Source: an uncultured Thermococci archaeon (GTDB lineage Archaea > CAYQAE01 > CAYVLA01). Taken from it: DNA of 64,000 nt. The translations under genes were made by a program, and so were the position numbers. The notes below the pieces were generated by a model. It was not told the DNA's origin and did not search any database. It saw only the letters and a list, made by a program, of their open reading frames with translations. This document shows, piece by piece, positions 29,399-39,138 of this stretch; within the stretch, counting starts at the first letter, position 1; the number at the start of each line of letters is the position of its first letter. Where the stretch lies: contig CAZJVP010000051.1 of the NCBI GenBank assembly GCA_964549615.1, positions 1-64,000 on the forward strand. The letters run 5' to 3'.

Positions 29399-30690
29399 TC
29401 CCATTGGCGACGAGTCGGATTCCTGGATTCTACAAGCTATCGATGAAGGAAAGAGCCCAAAAAGTCAGGGAGATCTGCGGGCTGAGCGATGAACAGGTTC
29501 AGGCCATCTTCAAGACGGGCACCTTGCCGCCCGAACAGGCGGACCGCATGATCGAGAATGTGATCGGCACGATCGAGCTTCCCTTCGCGGTGGCGACCAA
29601 CTTCTTGATCAACGGCAAGGACTTGCTGATTCCCATGGCCATCGAGGAACCGTCGGTGGTGGCGGCTGCTAGCAACGCTGCGAAGATGGCCCGCGAGGGC
29701 GGAGGCTTCTGGGCGGAGGGCGGGGAGCCCGTGATGATCGGGCAGATACAGGTCTGCGGCCTACCGGACCCGTACGCGAAGTCGGTGGAGGTTCTGCGAC
29801 ACAGGGCCGAGATCCTTGCGCTTGCGAACGAACAGGACCCCATGCTCGTCAGCGCTGGGGGAGGGGCGATAGGGTTGGAATGCCGGGTCGTCGAGAGCCC
29901 CAGGGGCAGGATGCTCATAGTGCACCTTCTGGTCGATACGCGCGATGCCATGGGGGCTAATGCCGTGAACACCATGGCCGAGGCCGTGGCGCCCTACGTT
30001 GCCGAGATAACCGGGGGGAAGATCTACCTGCGGATAGTTAGCAACCTAGCTACCTCCCGCCTGACCCGCGCTTGGGCCGTCTTTCCCAAGCAGGAACTCG
30101 GCGGGGAGGACGTGGTCGAGGCGATCCTGTGGGCCCACGCTTTTGCCGAGGCAGACCCGTATCGGGCCGCTACGCACAATAAGGGGATCATGAATGGCGT
30201 GGTCGCGGTCGCGCTTGCAACAATGAACGATACTAGGGCGCTTGAGGCTGGCGCCCACGCGTATGCGGCTCTCGGCGGCAGATACAAACCCCTCACCAGA
30301 TGGGAGAAGAACTTCTCGGGCGATCTAGTCGGAAGCGTTGAGATGCCCCTGGCAGTCGGCCTCCGTGCCGCGACTGCCGTCCACCCCGTCGCGAAGGCCG
30401 CCGTTGCCATCCTGGGAGTCAAGACCGCGCAGGAGCTGTCGCAGGTGATGGCTGCCGTGGGCCTCGCCCAAAACCTCGCCGCCCTAAGGGCTCTGGCAAC
30501 CGAGGGAATCCAGAGGGGCCACATGTCGCTGCATGCCCGCAACGTCGCAATCCTAGCTGGGGCGAAAGGCGACGAGGTCGATGCCCTGGCCGAGGCGCTT
30601 GCGTCGGAAGGCAAGGTGAGGTTGGACCGGGCAAAGGAGATGCTGTCCAGAATGCGATCCTCCCAGCCGGCGCCGGGAAAGGGGACATAG
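29395..30690 (+). CDS. HMG-CoA reductase, class II
   Basis: IENVIG, EEPSVVAAAS, DAMGANAVN, THNKG, GHMSLHA. Confidence 0.95.
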   Translation: MIPLATSRIPGFYKLSMKERAQKVREICGLSDEQVQAIFKTGTLPPEQADRMIENVIGTIELPFAVATNFLINGKDLLIPMAIEEPSVVAAASNAAKMAREGGGFWAEGGEPVMIGQIQVCGLPDPYAKSVEVLRHRAEILALANEQDPMLVSAGGGAIGLECRVVESPRGRMLIVHLLVDTRDAMGANAVNTMAEAVAPYVAEITGGKIYLRIVSNLATSRLTRAWAVFPKQELGGEDVVEAILWAHAFAEADPYRAATHNKGIMNGVVAVALATMNDTRALEAGAHAYAALGGRYKPLTRWEKNFSGDLVGSVEMPLAVGLRAATAVHPVAKAAVAILGVKTAQELSQVMAAVGLAQNLAALRALATEGIQRGHMSLHARNVAILAGAKGDEVDALAEALASEGKVRLDRAKEMLSRMRSSQPAPGKGT

Positions 30691-30858
30691 GCTGTCGGTG
30701 TTTGGGGCAAGATCTGCGGCCCGCGGCGAGGAATGGCTCGCCCGCCCCGTGGTTTTGGACCGCCTGAATTCAGGCCGTCTCCCTTGCGGTATCCCAAACC
30801 CAGTCCGAACGCCCGGGGCAACAGATTTATTGCCGGCCCGGGCCCGAAGTTGGGTCCA

Positions 30859-31150
30859 GATGGACATCATCACCGACACGGTCGTGTGGTTGATCGACAA
30901 GACAAGCGGTTTTGCTCTCGCGGCTGGTAGATGGACTAGCAAGACCTTCGTGTGGGCCCTGGACTGGGCAAGCGAGAAGACCGTCGCGGCCTTCCGCCTC
31001 CTGGCGCAGGTTGTCGAGTGGGGGATCGACAACCCGTGGAGGGCAGCTCGGCAGGGTGGAATGGTCGTTCTAATCGTATTCGCCGTCTTGGCGATCGAGA
31101 TCTATGTGTACGACCTGATGAAGAGAAGGCGGCACTCTGGGGAGGCCTAG
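30859..31150 (+). CDS. Small membrane hypothetical protein
   Basis: MDIITDTVVW...; C-terminal TM plus basic tail; TTTAT box about 30 bp upstream. Confidence 0.6.
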
Positions 31151-33267
31151 CGGCGGGCCGTCCTGCGGCTCTTGGCGATCCTCCTCACGAACGCGACCGT
31201 CGCTTTCTTGAACTCTTCGTATGCGGCTCTGAACTCGTCCATCGTCTTCACCACGGAGCCGAAGTTGGGCCAGTCTTCAACTCTCACGCCTCCTAGTCCG
31301 AAGTCGGGGGTGATCCCGGCCTCAGCAAGCTGGGCTTGAACTTCCGGCGTCAGCTCGTACGCTTTTCTGAAGTCTTCTAGGTGCAGCAGCCTCTGTATCA
31401 TCCTGGGATCATGCTTCATCATTATCGCGTTCTCGTAGGAGGATAGGTCGAACCCGGCCTTCCTTGATGCTGTGAGGACGTTGTATTGGTGGTTGGGGAA
31501 CTCGGTGTTGGTCATGTTCCTGTTCGCGAGGGTCAGGTAGGTGTCGTCAGGCTTGCGCTTGGAGGCAGGAAGCATGTCGATCTTGTCCAAGATCTCGGCT
31601 GCCTGCTCGGGGGTCAGCTGGAACTTGCGTTGCAGGTAGTTGAGCCACTTGGGCCGATTCTCGTCGCTGAAGAATATCCAGTATACGCGCTGGCATACGA
31701 GGGTTCCGGAGAAGCCGATATCCCGCTCAAGTTCGGAAAGATACTTCGCCGTTTCATCGGGGCTCCCGAAGGCTCCTGACTCGGCTATGGCTCGAACGAA
31801 GGCCGGGTTGGTCAGGGTCTTGAGGTACTTGAAGGAACATATGGCGCAGATCTTCTTCTCGACGGTATCGATCGAAGCATCCTTGATTCCCATGTCTTGC
31901 GCAAGCCTGTCGAGGAACCTCCCTTTGTCCTTGATCCGACCCAGGGCTTGCCGCAGGATCCTTTCCGCCTCCACATCCCTCAAGTGGCTCTCGAGCCTTC
32001 CTCCCATATTGGTCTCGTATGCCTGGGTTATTGGGATGCCCATCTTGAGAGCCCGGGCCATGCCCGACATCGCCCGGATCACCAAGGGCGTCTCTTGGGC
32101 CACGGTGTAGGTGACAGTGTTGTTCGTCCCGATCCCCAGCCCATTCAGCGTTTCGGTTATGTCCAGGGCCGCCGGGTAGCCCCCTGCAACCTTGAACACG
32201 ATGTTCGGCCGGCCGCGCTCCATCTTGGCATCATACCCCCAGGTCAGTTGACGGTCGTATTCCGAGAGGAATCTTGACGCGGCCGAGTAGATCTTGAGCG
32301 CATCCGCAAGGCTTCCGTCGAGGCTGTGGGCAACGTTCGGGTTGAGCTGGTAGCTGACCATCCCGTGGTGGAACTTGGATGCCAGGGCTATCGGCCTGAA
32401 GACGACCAGGTTGGGCCAGAGGGCAATCATCGTTGCCTGCATGGCGATCTCGTCGCCCCGTTTCTGGGGAGAACTGAACCACTCCTTGTGTTGGCGCACA
32501 ACCTTGCCGAACTCATGCCAGAGCGAGGGGTCGTCCTCATAGGCCTTCGCCGCGAGCACCGGATTCGTTGACACCTGCACGAAGCCGAGATGTCGGAGCC
32601 ATCTGAGGCCGATGGCGTAGTCGTTGCCCAATTTGCACATGCCTCGGGCCGAGATCTTGTAGTACACGGTCTCCCTCAGGGCATTCCTCGTGGCTTGGAG
32701 GAATGACAGAACGGGTGAGTTCTGGTCGATCCTGGCCTCGACTTCCTCAGCGATCTTGGCCATCATGCCAGCGCCCTTCATGATCTTCTTCATGTCAGCG
32801 AGCATCCTCTCGACCACCGCGGCCCCGACCGGGTGCTTTCCATCGTGGTTCTGCGCCTCGGTCTTGGCGAAGGTCCCAAGGGCCTGCACGATGATGGAGT
32901 ACGCGTCATCGCACTCGGAACTGGATAGCCCGACTATCTTGGGCTCGATGCCGCTTAGGTTGAACCCGATCTCAAGCATGACTTCGTAGGTACGCGCCCT
33001 ATCCAGTACCTTTCTCTTCAACTCCGCCGCGCGATCCTCCCGATGGATCTCGGCCTCGAGGAAAACGAGGTTTAGCTGTCTGGTTACGTTGCCCACGACT
33101 TCCATGAGGTTTCCCCGCATCTCCGGGGACAGCAGGTGGTCAGCAGCAGTCTGCGGATGTCCGGCCAGCGCGAGGGCGACGACGTGTCCTGCATGGTCCA
33201 AACTCGTCGGAGGGCTCAGATCCTCGGGCTGGGACTGGAAGACGATCTCCCTGAACCTGTCGGTCAA
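31147..33267 (-). CDS. Transaldolase-family protein with long N-terminal extension
   Basis: QVSTNPVL, NIVFKV (Schiff-base Lys), NNTVTYTVAQ. Confidence 0.8.
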   Translation of the reverse strand: MTDRFREIVFQSQPEDLSPPTSLDHAGHVVALALAGHPQTAADHLLSPEMRGNLMEVVGNVTRQLNLVFLEAEIHREDRAAELKRKVLDRARTYEVMLEIGFNLSGIEPKIVGLSSSECDDAYSIIVQALGTFAKTEAQNHDGKHPVGAAVVERMLADMKKIMKGAGMMAKIAEEVEARIDQNSPVLSFLQATRNALRETVYYKISARGMCKLGNDYAIGLRWLRHLGFVQVSTNPVLAAKAYEDDPSLWHEFGKVVRQHKEWFSSPQKRGDEIAMQATMIALWPNLVVFRPIALASKFHHGMVSYQLNPNVAHSLDGSLADALKIYSAASRFLSEYDRQLTWGYDAKMERGRPNIVFKVAGGYPAALDITETLNGLGIGTNNTVTYTVAQETPLVIRAMSGMARALKMGIPITQAYETNMGGRLESHLRDVEAERILRQALGRIKDKGRFLDRLAQDMGIKDASIDTVEKKICAICSFKYLKTLTNPAFVRAIAESGAFGSPDETAKYLSELERDIGFSGTLVCQRVYWIFFSDENRPKWLNYLQRKFQLTPEQAAEILDKIDMLPASKRKPDDTYLTLANRNMTNTEFPNHQYNVLTASRKAGFDLSSYENAIMMKHDPRMIQRLLHLEDFRKAYELTPEVQAQLAEAGITPDFGLGGVRVEDWPNFGSVVKTMDEFRAAYEEFKKATVAFVRRIAKSRRTARR

Positions 33268-33506
33268 TGTCTCACGCCCTTTCAGGCCACCTCATGGGCA
33301 TGTCTTCAAAAATCTATTTCACGACATCGATCTGGGGCACGGTCGGCTTCATGGAAGCTGTAGGGCCCTTGACAAGGAAGCGTCATTCTCTGGAAGTGTG
33401 CTTCGTGTTCGTACGGGAGTCTCCAGAGTTCGATCTTCGTCGCGATGTGCATCCAACCGGTTAGGAATACTTAAGAGGCCTGTCGCCGAGCACGGCGGCA
33501 ACGCCC

Positions 33507-34538
33507 ATGGCATCAGGGCAGAGGCAAATGGCGAGAGGAATCCTTCTAGCAGTTGTTGTTCTGGTCCTCGTGAGTCCCAATCCGCTCGCGGGCCAACAGG
33601 GCTCAAACGTCACGAAGCCGCTCTTGCTGGTCTACTCTCAGGGCGAGCCGGCTTACGGCCGAGAGCTCGCCAACATTCTGTCCGGAGATCCGCGCATCGA
33701 TGCGCAGATCCTTGTCCTCACGGACCCCGATCTGTTCAAATCCATGCTGTACTTCCCAAGCGTCAAGGTCGTCCTGGCTGTCTTCAACCATGACAAGGAC
33801 GAAGGGCTGGGGGAGCATCTGCAGAATTTCTTCGAGGGGGGCGGAGGTATGGTCGGATTGGGGTTTGCAGGATGGCAGACCACCACGCGGCAGGCGAGCC
33901 AGACGGTCTTTCCGCTGAACGCAAGCTCCTACATCGTGGGTAGCTACAATGCCTCGGCCAGGGCATATATGCACGATCTCTACGTCGACGAAGCCCATCC
34001 CATCAGCCGGGATATCGGTGACTTCACGGCTTACACCCACAAGGTTTTTGTGAGCGCGGACAAGGCTTCAGGTCAGCAGCTGTCTGTGAAGTCCGAGGGT
34101 GAGGTGACCGTCGTCTATCGTGACGCAGCGCTCAATGCCCCAGCTGTGGTCGTATATGAGGCCGCGGGGGTCAGCGTGACCTTTGCGTGCTTTGCGGGCG
34201 ATTCGGTCGAGAGGGCGCCGACATACTTCGGACGTTTCACGAGCCGGGAGGAGTTCAGGAAGCTTCTCAGGAATTCGATTGCCTGGGTCTGGGCAAGTGA
34301 GCGGCGATATGGGAAAACGATGTCCAGCGCGCTGGCCCGATTCGCGGAGGAAGCGCATGAGGCCGATGAGATCAGGGCGCAGGCCGAGCTTTCAGCAAGG
34401 CAGCACAAGACTCACCGGTTGCTGAGGACCGTGGCGATTGCGGCGTTGGCCGTCCTCGGCGTGGGTGCCATCCACCGGAAGTGCTTTGCTCCATCTTCCC
34501 GGAAGACGACCGTCGAGGAGCAGGCAAAGGGCGGGTGA
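33507..34538 (+). CDS. Secreted, membrane-anchored protein with ThuA/class I GATase-like domain
   Basis: Signal peptide, LQNFFEGGGGMVGLG, HPI, C-terminal helix plus TM. Confidence 0.7.
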   Translation: MASGQRQMARGILLAVVVLVLVSPNPLAGQQGSNVTKPLLLVYSQGEPAYGRELANILSGDPRIDAQILVLTDPDLFKSMLYFPSVKVVLAVFNHDKDEGLGEHLQNFFEGGGGMVGLGFAGWQTTTRQASQTVFPLNASSYIVGSYNASARAYMHDLYVDEAHPISRDIGDFTAYTHKVFVSADKASGQQLSVKSEGEVTVVYRDAALNAPAVVVYEAAGVSVTFACFAGDSVERAPTYFGRFTSREEFRKLLRNSIAWVWASERRYGKTMSSALARFAEEAHEADEIRAQAELSARQHKTHRLLRTVAIAALAVLGVGAIHRKCFAPSSRKTTVEEQAKGG

Positions 34539-34573
34539 AGAGTTGCAGCGCAAGGACGTGGCTGAACTTGGAG

Positions 34574-35452
34574 ATGAAGCAGGTGGTTGACCGAAGGCTC
34601 GTCGGCATAGTCGCGATCGCCTTCGTTCTGTCCTCCGCAGGGTTCAGCCTCTTCGTTGGCGAACGCGTCGAGTCTCCAATAGAAGTGATCAGGAACGAGT
34701 GGAACTTGCCAACCGACTCCAAGGGCATCTACAGCATGCCGAAGACGGAGGGCCGCTACACGTATTCGCTGGGACTGGTGGTCCGGAAGCCCTTTGAGAA
34801 ACTGGAGCTACTCTTCGCAACCCTGAAGAATTCGTCGTTCAAGATGGTGGGCGGTGAAATCCCGCCATCGGCCTCGGCCAGGGAGCGATTCGGGGCCATC
34901 GTCGAGCTTGGCAACATGACCTCGGTCATCGAAGGGTATGCCGAACGGTACCACATGCGCTTGGAGGAGCACGAGTTCCGCGCCAAGGTCGGATCGCGGG
35001 AGTACGAGGGATTCGTCGTCGACCTCACCTGGCCGATCGTGCCCGTCGCGCCGGCGGCCGTCCAGCACGGGCTTCCCACCGTGCACGCGCTGCTCTTCGA
35101 CCCGAACGGCACGGCGCTCCAGTACTATCGCGGTTTTCCGGACTTCTTCCTGTCCAGGAACGAATCGATAATCGATCTCACGATACAACGTAACCAAAAC
35201 GTCACGAAGTTCTCCCAGAGGACCACCCAGCAGGGAACGAGCCTCCTCATGAAGGACGCCCCCGCGCTGGGCAGGCTCGCATTCAGGGATCTTCGGAAGG
35301 AGGATCAGATCTTCGTAACGGTTGCCGTCAACTCGGCCGACCCGGATGCCATGTATCAGGCGACGCCCGCGAGGGACACGATGATCCACATGATCCTTGT
35401 CTTCATCGACGGTGAGTGCTATGACGTGTTCGTTTCGCCCATCATATGGTGA
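34574..35452 (+). CDS. N-terminally anchored hypothetical protein
   Basis: Long ORF in operon; N-terminal TM. Confidence 0.7.
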   Translation: MKQVVDRRLVGIVAIAFVLSSAGFSLFVGERVESPIEVIRNEWNLPTDSKGIYSMPKTEGRYTYSLGLVVRKPFEKLELLFATLKNSSFKMVGGEIPPSASARERFGAIVELGNMTSVIEGYAERYHMRLEEHEFRAKVGSREYEGFVVDLTWPIVPVAPAAVQHGLPTVHALLFDPNGTALQYYRGFPDFFLSRNESIIDLTIQRNQNVTKFSQRTTQQGTSLLMKDAPALGRLAFRDLRKEDQIFVTVAVNSADPDAMYQATPARDTMIHMILVFIDGECYDVFVSPIIW

Positions 35453-35453
35453 G

Positions 35454-36731
35454 ATGGCGAGGCCGGCCTTGTGTAGGAGATCCTTGGGAGCGGATCGAGG
35501 GATCGCTAGATCTTTTCGCCTTGCAGTCGCGCTTCTTGCCGCTGCCTATCTGTCTGGCTGCTGCTGCGCCGAGCCGAAGGTTGACCCTGAGAGCGGAAGG
35601 ATCAGGCTGTTGCTGGTCGGAGAGGCAACGTCGGGCGGCAACACCTTCGTCGTGAGCTTGCTAAGATCGGACCCGCGCATCAGCCACTACGCTACGATCT
35701 ACGGAGGAGCAAGCGCGGAGCCGGATGCTGCGAGGAGATACGTGCGCATCCACTTCCCTAGGACGGCGGGACGGCTTGCCTCAAGCATCGACGTCATCGA
35801 GTACATGGATGCCCCTCCCTGGCTGTTCACCGATGACCAGCAGGTCTGGATTCATGACTCGATCAGGGACAGCGGCATGGGGCTTGTCCTTGTCGAGATG
35901 GGCTGGCACACCTGCTACTACGCTTGGTGGTCGTGCAACTGCCCGTGGGATTGGATTAACTCTCCCATCTACCAAGCATGGCCGATGGACGTGGTCCTTG
36001 AGAAGATCATCCAGACATCGACCTACATCGAGATAGTGGAGAGGACGCCCGTCGTTGATCTTCCGGACATCGAGCGCACTCCTTACCAAGGAGCACTTTA
36101 CGTCGGTGTCGTCATTGCTCGTCCGGGCTCCAAGGTTCACGCAAGATGGCGGGTCGGCAAGGAGGATGCGATCGTATCCACAACCTACGGCAAGGGGACC
36201 ACGTTGTCGCTACCATCGGGATGGGACTGCATCCCCTCGGACATGATGAGAAACTGGAAGTACTTCATAGACTTCGTTCTGAACAGCGTTTACTATGCAG
36301 CGAACGTCCCGATACCGGAGGATCCGGAACTGGCCCACAGCCTCAGGGCGGCCTTCACACAGTTCTTTGAGCAGAAAACCCTCATGTTATCCTTGCTGGA
36401 TTTCATCGATAGGTTCGGCGCGAATACGAACCCCCTCCACAAGATGATCGACGACCTAGAGGCGAAGAACAAGGAGGCAGGCAGGCTCTACATGCAGGGC
36501 GACTATGCCGGCTCATGGGAGTCGGTGCGGGAAGCCTTGGATGGATTGGCCAAGATCTCCAACGAGTCCGCCAAGCTTCGAAGGAAGGCCCTCTTCTGGG
36601 TGTTCGTCACCGAGTACCTTGCGGTCTCAGGTACCTCCATGGCTTGCGGCGTCGTACTTTGGACGGTGATGGTTAGGAGGCGCTACTACAGGGAGGTCAA
36701 GACAACCCGTCTTGAGACGCGCCTTGAGTAG
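35454..36731 (+). CDS. Secreted, C-terminally anchored hypothetical protein (paralog of 60248..61495)
   Basis: Signal peptide; RRYVRIHFPRT; FIDRFGANT; TM plus RRRYYREV tail. Confidence 0.8.
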   Translation: MARPALCRRSLGADRGIARSFRLAVALLAAAYLSGCCCAEPKVDPESGRIRLLLVGEATSGGNTFVVSLLRSDPRISHYATIYGGASAEPDAARRYVRIHFPRTAGRLASSIDVIEYMDAPPWLFTDDQQVWIHDSIRDSGMGLVLVEMGWHTCYYAWWSCNCPWDWINSPIYQAWPMDVVLEKIIQTSTYIEIVERTPVVDLPDIERTPYQGALYVGVVIARPGSKVHARWRVGKEDAIVSTTYGKGTTLSLPSGWDCIPSDMMRNWKYFIDFVLNSVYYAANVPIPEDPELAHSLRAAFTQFFEQKTLMLSLLDFIDRFGANTNPLHKMIDDLEAKNKEAGRLYMQGDYAGSWESVREALDGLAKISNESAKLRRKALFWVFVTEYLAVSGTSMACGVVLWTVMVRRRYYREVKTTRLETRLE

Positions 36732-37963
36732 TGGGCATTCTCGGCATCGTGCCTCAGCTGGGCGAATGGTCATTTTTAAGGCTGCGATCGGTCCGCCCTC
36801 CATTGTCCAAAGCAACCACGGGGCCCGAAGCTAGGGCCCTCTTTGCTGCCTCATTCGCGTACAATCTGGGCGCGGCGATGGCCGGCCTAGCCGCGATCCT
36901 CCTGGCCATCAGGTTGGAAGCGACGCCTTTGGAGCTCGGCCTTATCGGCATGATATGGCCGGCCTTCTACACCGTCGCATGCTTGTTCTCCGGGCCGCTG
37001 TCCGATCGGGTCTCGCGAAGGCTTCTTTGCTCGATCGGATGCGCGATCGCGTGCTCGGCCTACCTGCTGATGATGGAGGCGTCTTCACCGCGGCAGATAA
37101 TGCTCTTCGGGTTCCCCGTGGGAATAGCCATGTCCTTGTTCTGGCCTCCCCTGGAGGCTTGGCTTGCCGAGCTTTCGTCTCCTGCGGATCTGAGGAGGAA
37201 CTTCGGCGTCTTCAACATTGCCTGGAGTGCAGGAGCCGCACCGGGGCCCTTTCTCGCGGGGGTGGCCATCAACGTCGGCGTGCCTTTCGCGTTCGTTAGC
37301 AGCGTCTCTTTCATGGCGATTGCAGGCGTCATCGTGATGACGCGTAGGCCCGACGTTCGCAGGGATGCCAACACCCGACGACCACTTACCGCCGATGAGG
37401 ACAGCTCACGGAGATACCTGCACCTCGCTTGGGTTGCCAATTTCGGAACGTACTTCACGATCGGCATCATCAGGTCCCTCTTCCCGAAGCTAGGAGGGGA
37501 GCTGGGGATGAGCTCGCCATCCATCGGGAGCCTGTTGTCAACTATAACGTTCACCCAGGTGCTGATGTTCGCCTTGCTGCGTCGGACGTCAATCTGGCAT
37601 TACCGGATTGCGCCACTCCTTGTGTCCCAGTTCATATTGTTGGCCGGATCCCTCTTGATATATACGGGGACCAGGTTCGAAGGGTTCCTCCTGCCGATGG
37701 TGATGGCCGGAGGTTGCGCGGGGATTTCCTACTTCTCCAGCATCTACTACAGCATCAACACGCCCGTCCGGTTGGGTGCCAGAAGTGGCCTGCACGAGTC
37801 GTTGATCGGCCTCGGCGTTGTGGCCGGGCCTCTCACCGGGGGGATCGTGGCTCAGAGGTGGGGGCTGAGGAGTCCATATCTTCTTTCCGCCGCAGTCACC
37901 CTTCTCGGGATAGGTTGTCTAGCCTGCGTGGGGATCGCGCTTCGCACGGGACGGAAGAAGTGA
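36731..37963 (+). CDS. MFS transporter
   Basis: About 12 TM segments; GPLSDRVSRR motif A. Confidence 0.9.
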   Translation: MGILGIVPQLGEWSFLRLRSVRPPLSKATTGPEARALFAASFAYNLGAAMAGLAAILLAIRLEATPLELGLIGMIWPAFYTVACLFSGPLSDRVSRRLLCSIGCAIACSAYLLMMEASSPRQIMLFGFPVGIAMSLFWPPLEAWLAELSSPADLRRNFGVFNIAWSAGAAPGPFLAGVAINVGVPFAFVSSVSFMAIAGVIVMTRRPDVRRDANTRRPLTADEDSSRRYLHLAWVANFGTYFTIGIIRSLFPKLGGELGMSSPSIGSLLSTITFTQVLMFALLRRTSIWHYRIAPLLVSQFILLAGSLLIYTGTRFEGFLLPMVMAGGCAGISYFSSIYYSINTPVRLGARSGLHESLIGLGVVAGPLTGGIVAQRWGLRSPYLLSAAVTLLGIGCLACVGIALRTGRKK

Positions 37964-38060
37964 CACGAGAGCGGTCCCAGACGTTTCTGCGTCCGCTACA
38001 AAGTAGGAGGGCGGAAACGGTGCAGACACGGCTCCCTGCACGGTTGATGAAGAAGGGACG

Positions 38061-38157
38061 TGGGCCCGCGGGGAATTGAACCCCGGACCTTTGCCTGGTG
38101 GTACGACCACCATCCGGTTATCAGCCGAACGCTCTAACCAAGCTGAGCCACGGGCCC
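38061..38157 (-). tRNA. tRNA-Ile(GAU) with a 22-nt insertion, probably an intron near 43/44 (about 38091-38112)
   Basis: GGGCCCG/CGGGCCC acceptor, TTCGG-CTGATAA-CCGGA arm, GGTTCAATT T-loop; insert hairpin TGGTGG-TCGTA-CCACCA. Confidence 0.88.
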
Positions 38158-38318
38158 TTTGCCCTTTGCGCCCGGCTACGGTTGAGCCAATAAAAATATC
38201 TCTAGGGCCAGCCGTCCATGGCGGTTCGAAAAAGTCCCATCCTAGGTCGGGGCCCCGCCAGGTGGCAAGCTCGGGGAATAGCTATAAGTCCGACGGCATA
38301 CCTCGGACAGGTGCGACC

Positions 38319-38849
38319 ATGAAGGCCGAGGACGTTAAACGTGCCATTCGAACGGTGCCCAACTTCCCAAAGAAAGGGGTCATGTTCAGGGACATAACCA
38401 CCTTGGTGAAGGACTACAAGACCTTCAGGTATGCGATAAAGAAGCTTGCCAGCATGTTCCTGGATGACGACATAGACGTGGTCGTTGGGATAGAGTCCCG
38501 CGGTTTCATCATCGGCGCCCCGCTCGCCCTGGAACTTTGCGCGGGCTTCGTTCCCGTCCGCAAGCCTGGCAAGCTGCCGTACAAGACCGTCAGGAAGGAG
38601 TACCGAACGGAGTACAGCCTGGACTCGGTGGAGATGCACGTCGACGCCATCAAACCCGGCCAGAGAGTTCTGATGGTCGACGATCTGATCGCCACCGGGG
38701 GCACGATGAAGGCGGCCATAGACCTCGTCGAGCAGCTGAAGGGCCAGGTCGTCGGAGTGGCGTTCGTCGTCGATCTGCCCGAGCTTCACGGAAAGGAGAA
38801 GCTCAAGGGCTACAGGGTCGTGAGCCTTGTCGAGTTCGAAGGGGAGTAG
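38319..38849 (+). CDS. apt: Adenine phosphoribosyltransferase
   Basis: FPKKGVMFRDIT, ESRGF, RKPGKLP, VDDLIATGGT. Confidence 0.95.
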   Translation: MKAEDVKRAIRTVPNFPKKGVMFRDITTLVKDYKTFRYAIKKLASMFLDDDIDVVVGIESRGFIIGAPLALELCAGFVPVRKPGKLPYKTVRKEYRTEYSLDSVEMHVDAIKPGQRVLMVDDLIATGGTMKAAIDLVEQLKGQVVGVAFVVDLPELHGKEKLKGYRVVSLVEFEGE

Positions 38850-38897
38850 CGCTCAGCAGGTGCCATTTAAGAAATGGCCGGAGTCACTTGGCTCGAT

Positions 38898-39027
38898 GGG
38901 CCGATAGCTCAGCCTGGCAGAGCACCGCCTTTGGGAAGGCAGGTTTGCTTCTCGGCGAGCGCAAGGCGGGGGCCGCGGGACAGGCACGATGTCTCGGCCT
39001 GCGCGAATTCAACTCCCGCTCGGTCCA
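38898..39027 (+). tRNA. tRNA-Ala(CGC) with two introns (33/34: 38932-38959; 53/54: 38980-39007)
   Basis: G3:U70 acceptor pair; both inserts have BHB geometry; removal gives a canonical cloverleaf. Confidence 0.88.
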
Positions 39028-39138
39028 TCCTTCTTCCACCGGGGTCTCGGGGCTGAACGATGCGGCCATGCCAAAGACCATTGCGCCCACATTGCTCAGC
39101 ACCCGAGCCTACACCCAGGCGCGACTGCCCAGTTGGCC

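Noticed and set aside
26783-30690. HMGS-thiolase-DUF35-HMGR cluster as a novel system
   Set aside because: The thiolase/HMGS/DUF35 complex is established in archaea, and class II HMGR is known in several archaea
38925-38941. tRNA-Pro call from the TGG triplet
   Set aside because: TGG lies inside a BHB intron; the spliced anticodon is CGC and the acceptor has G3:U70
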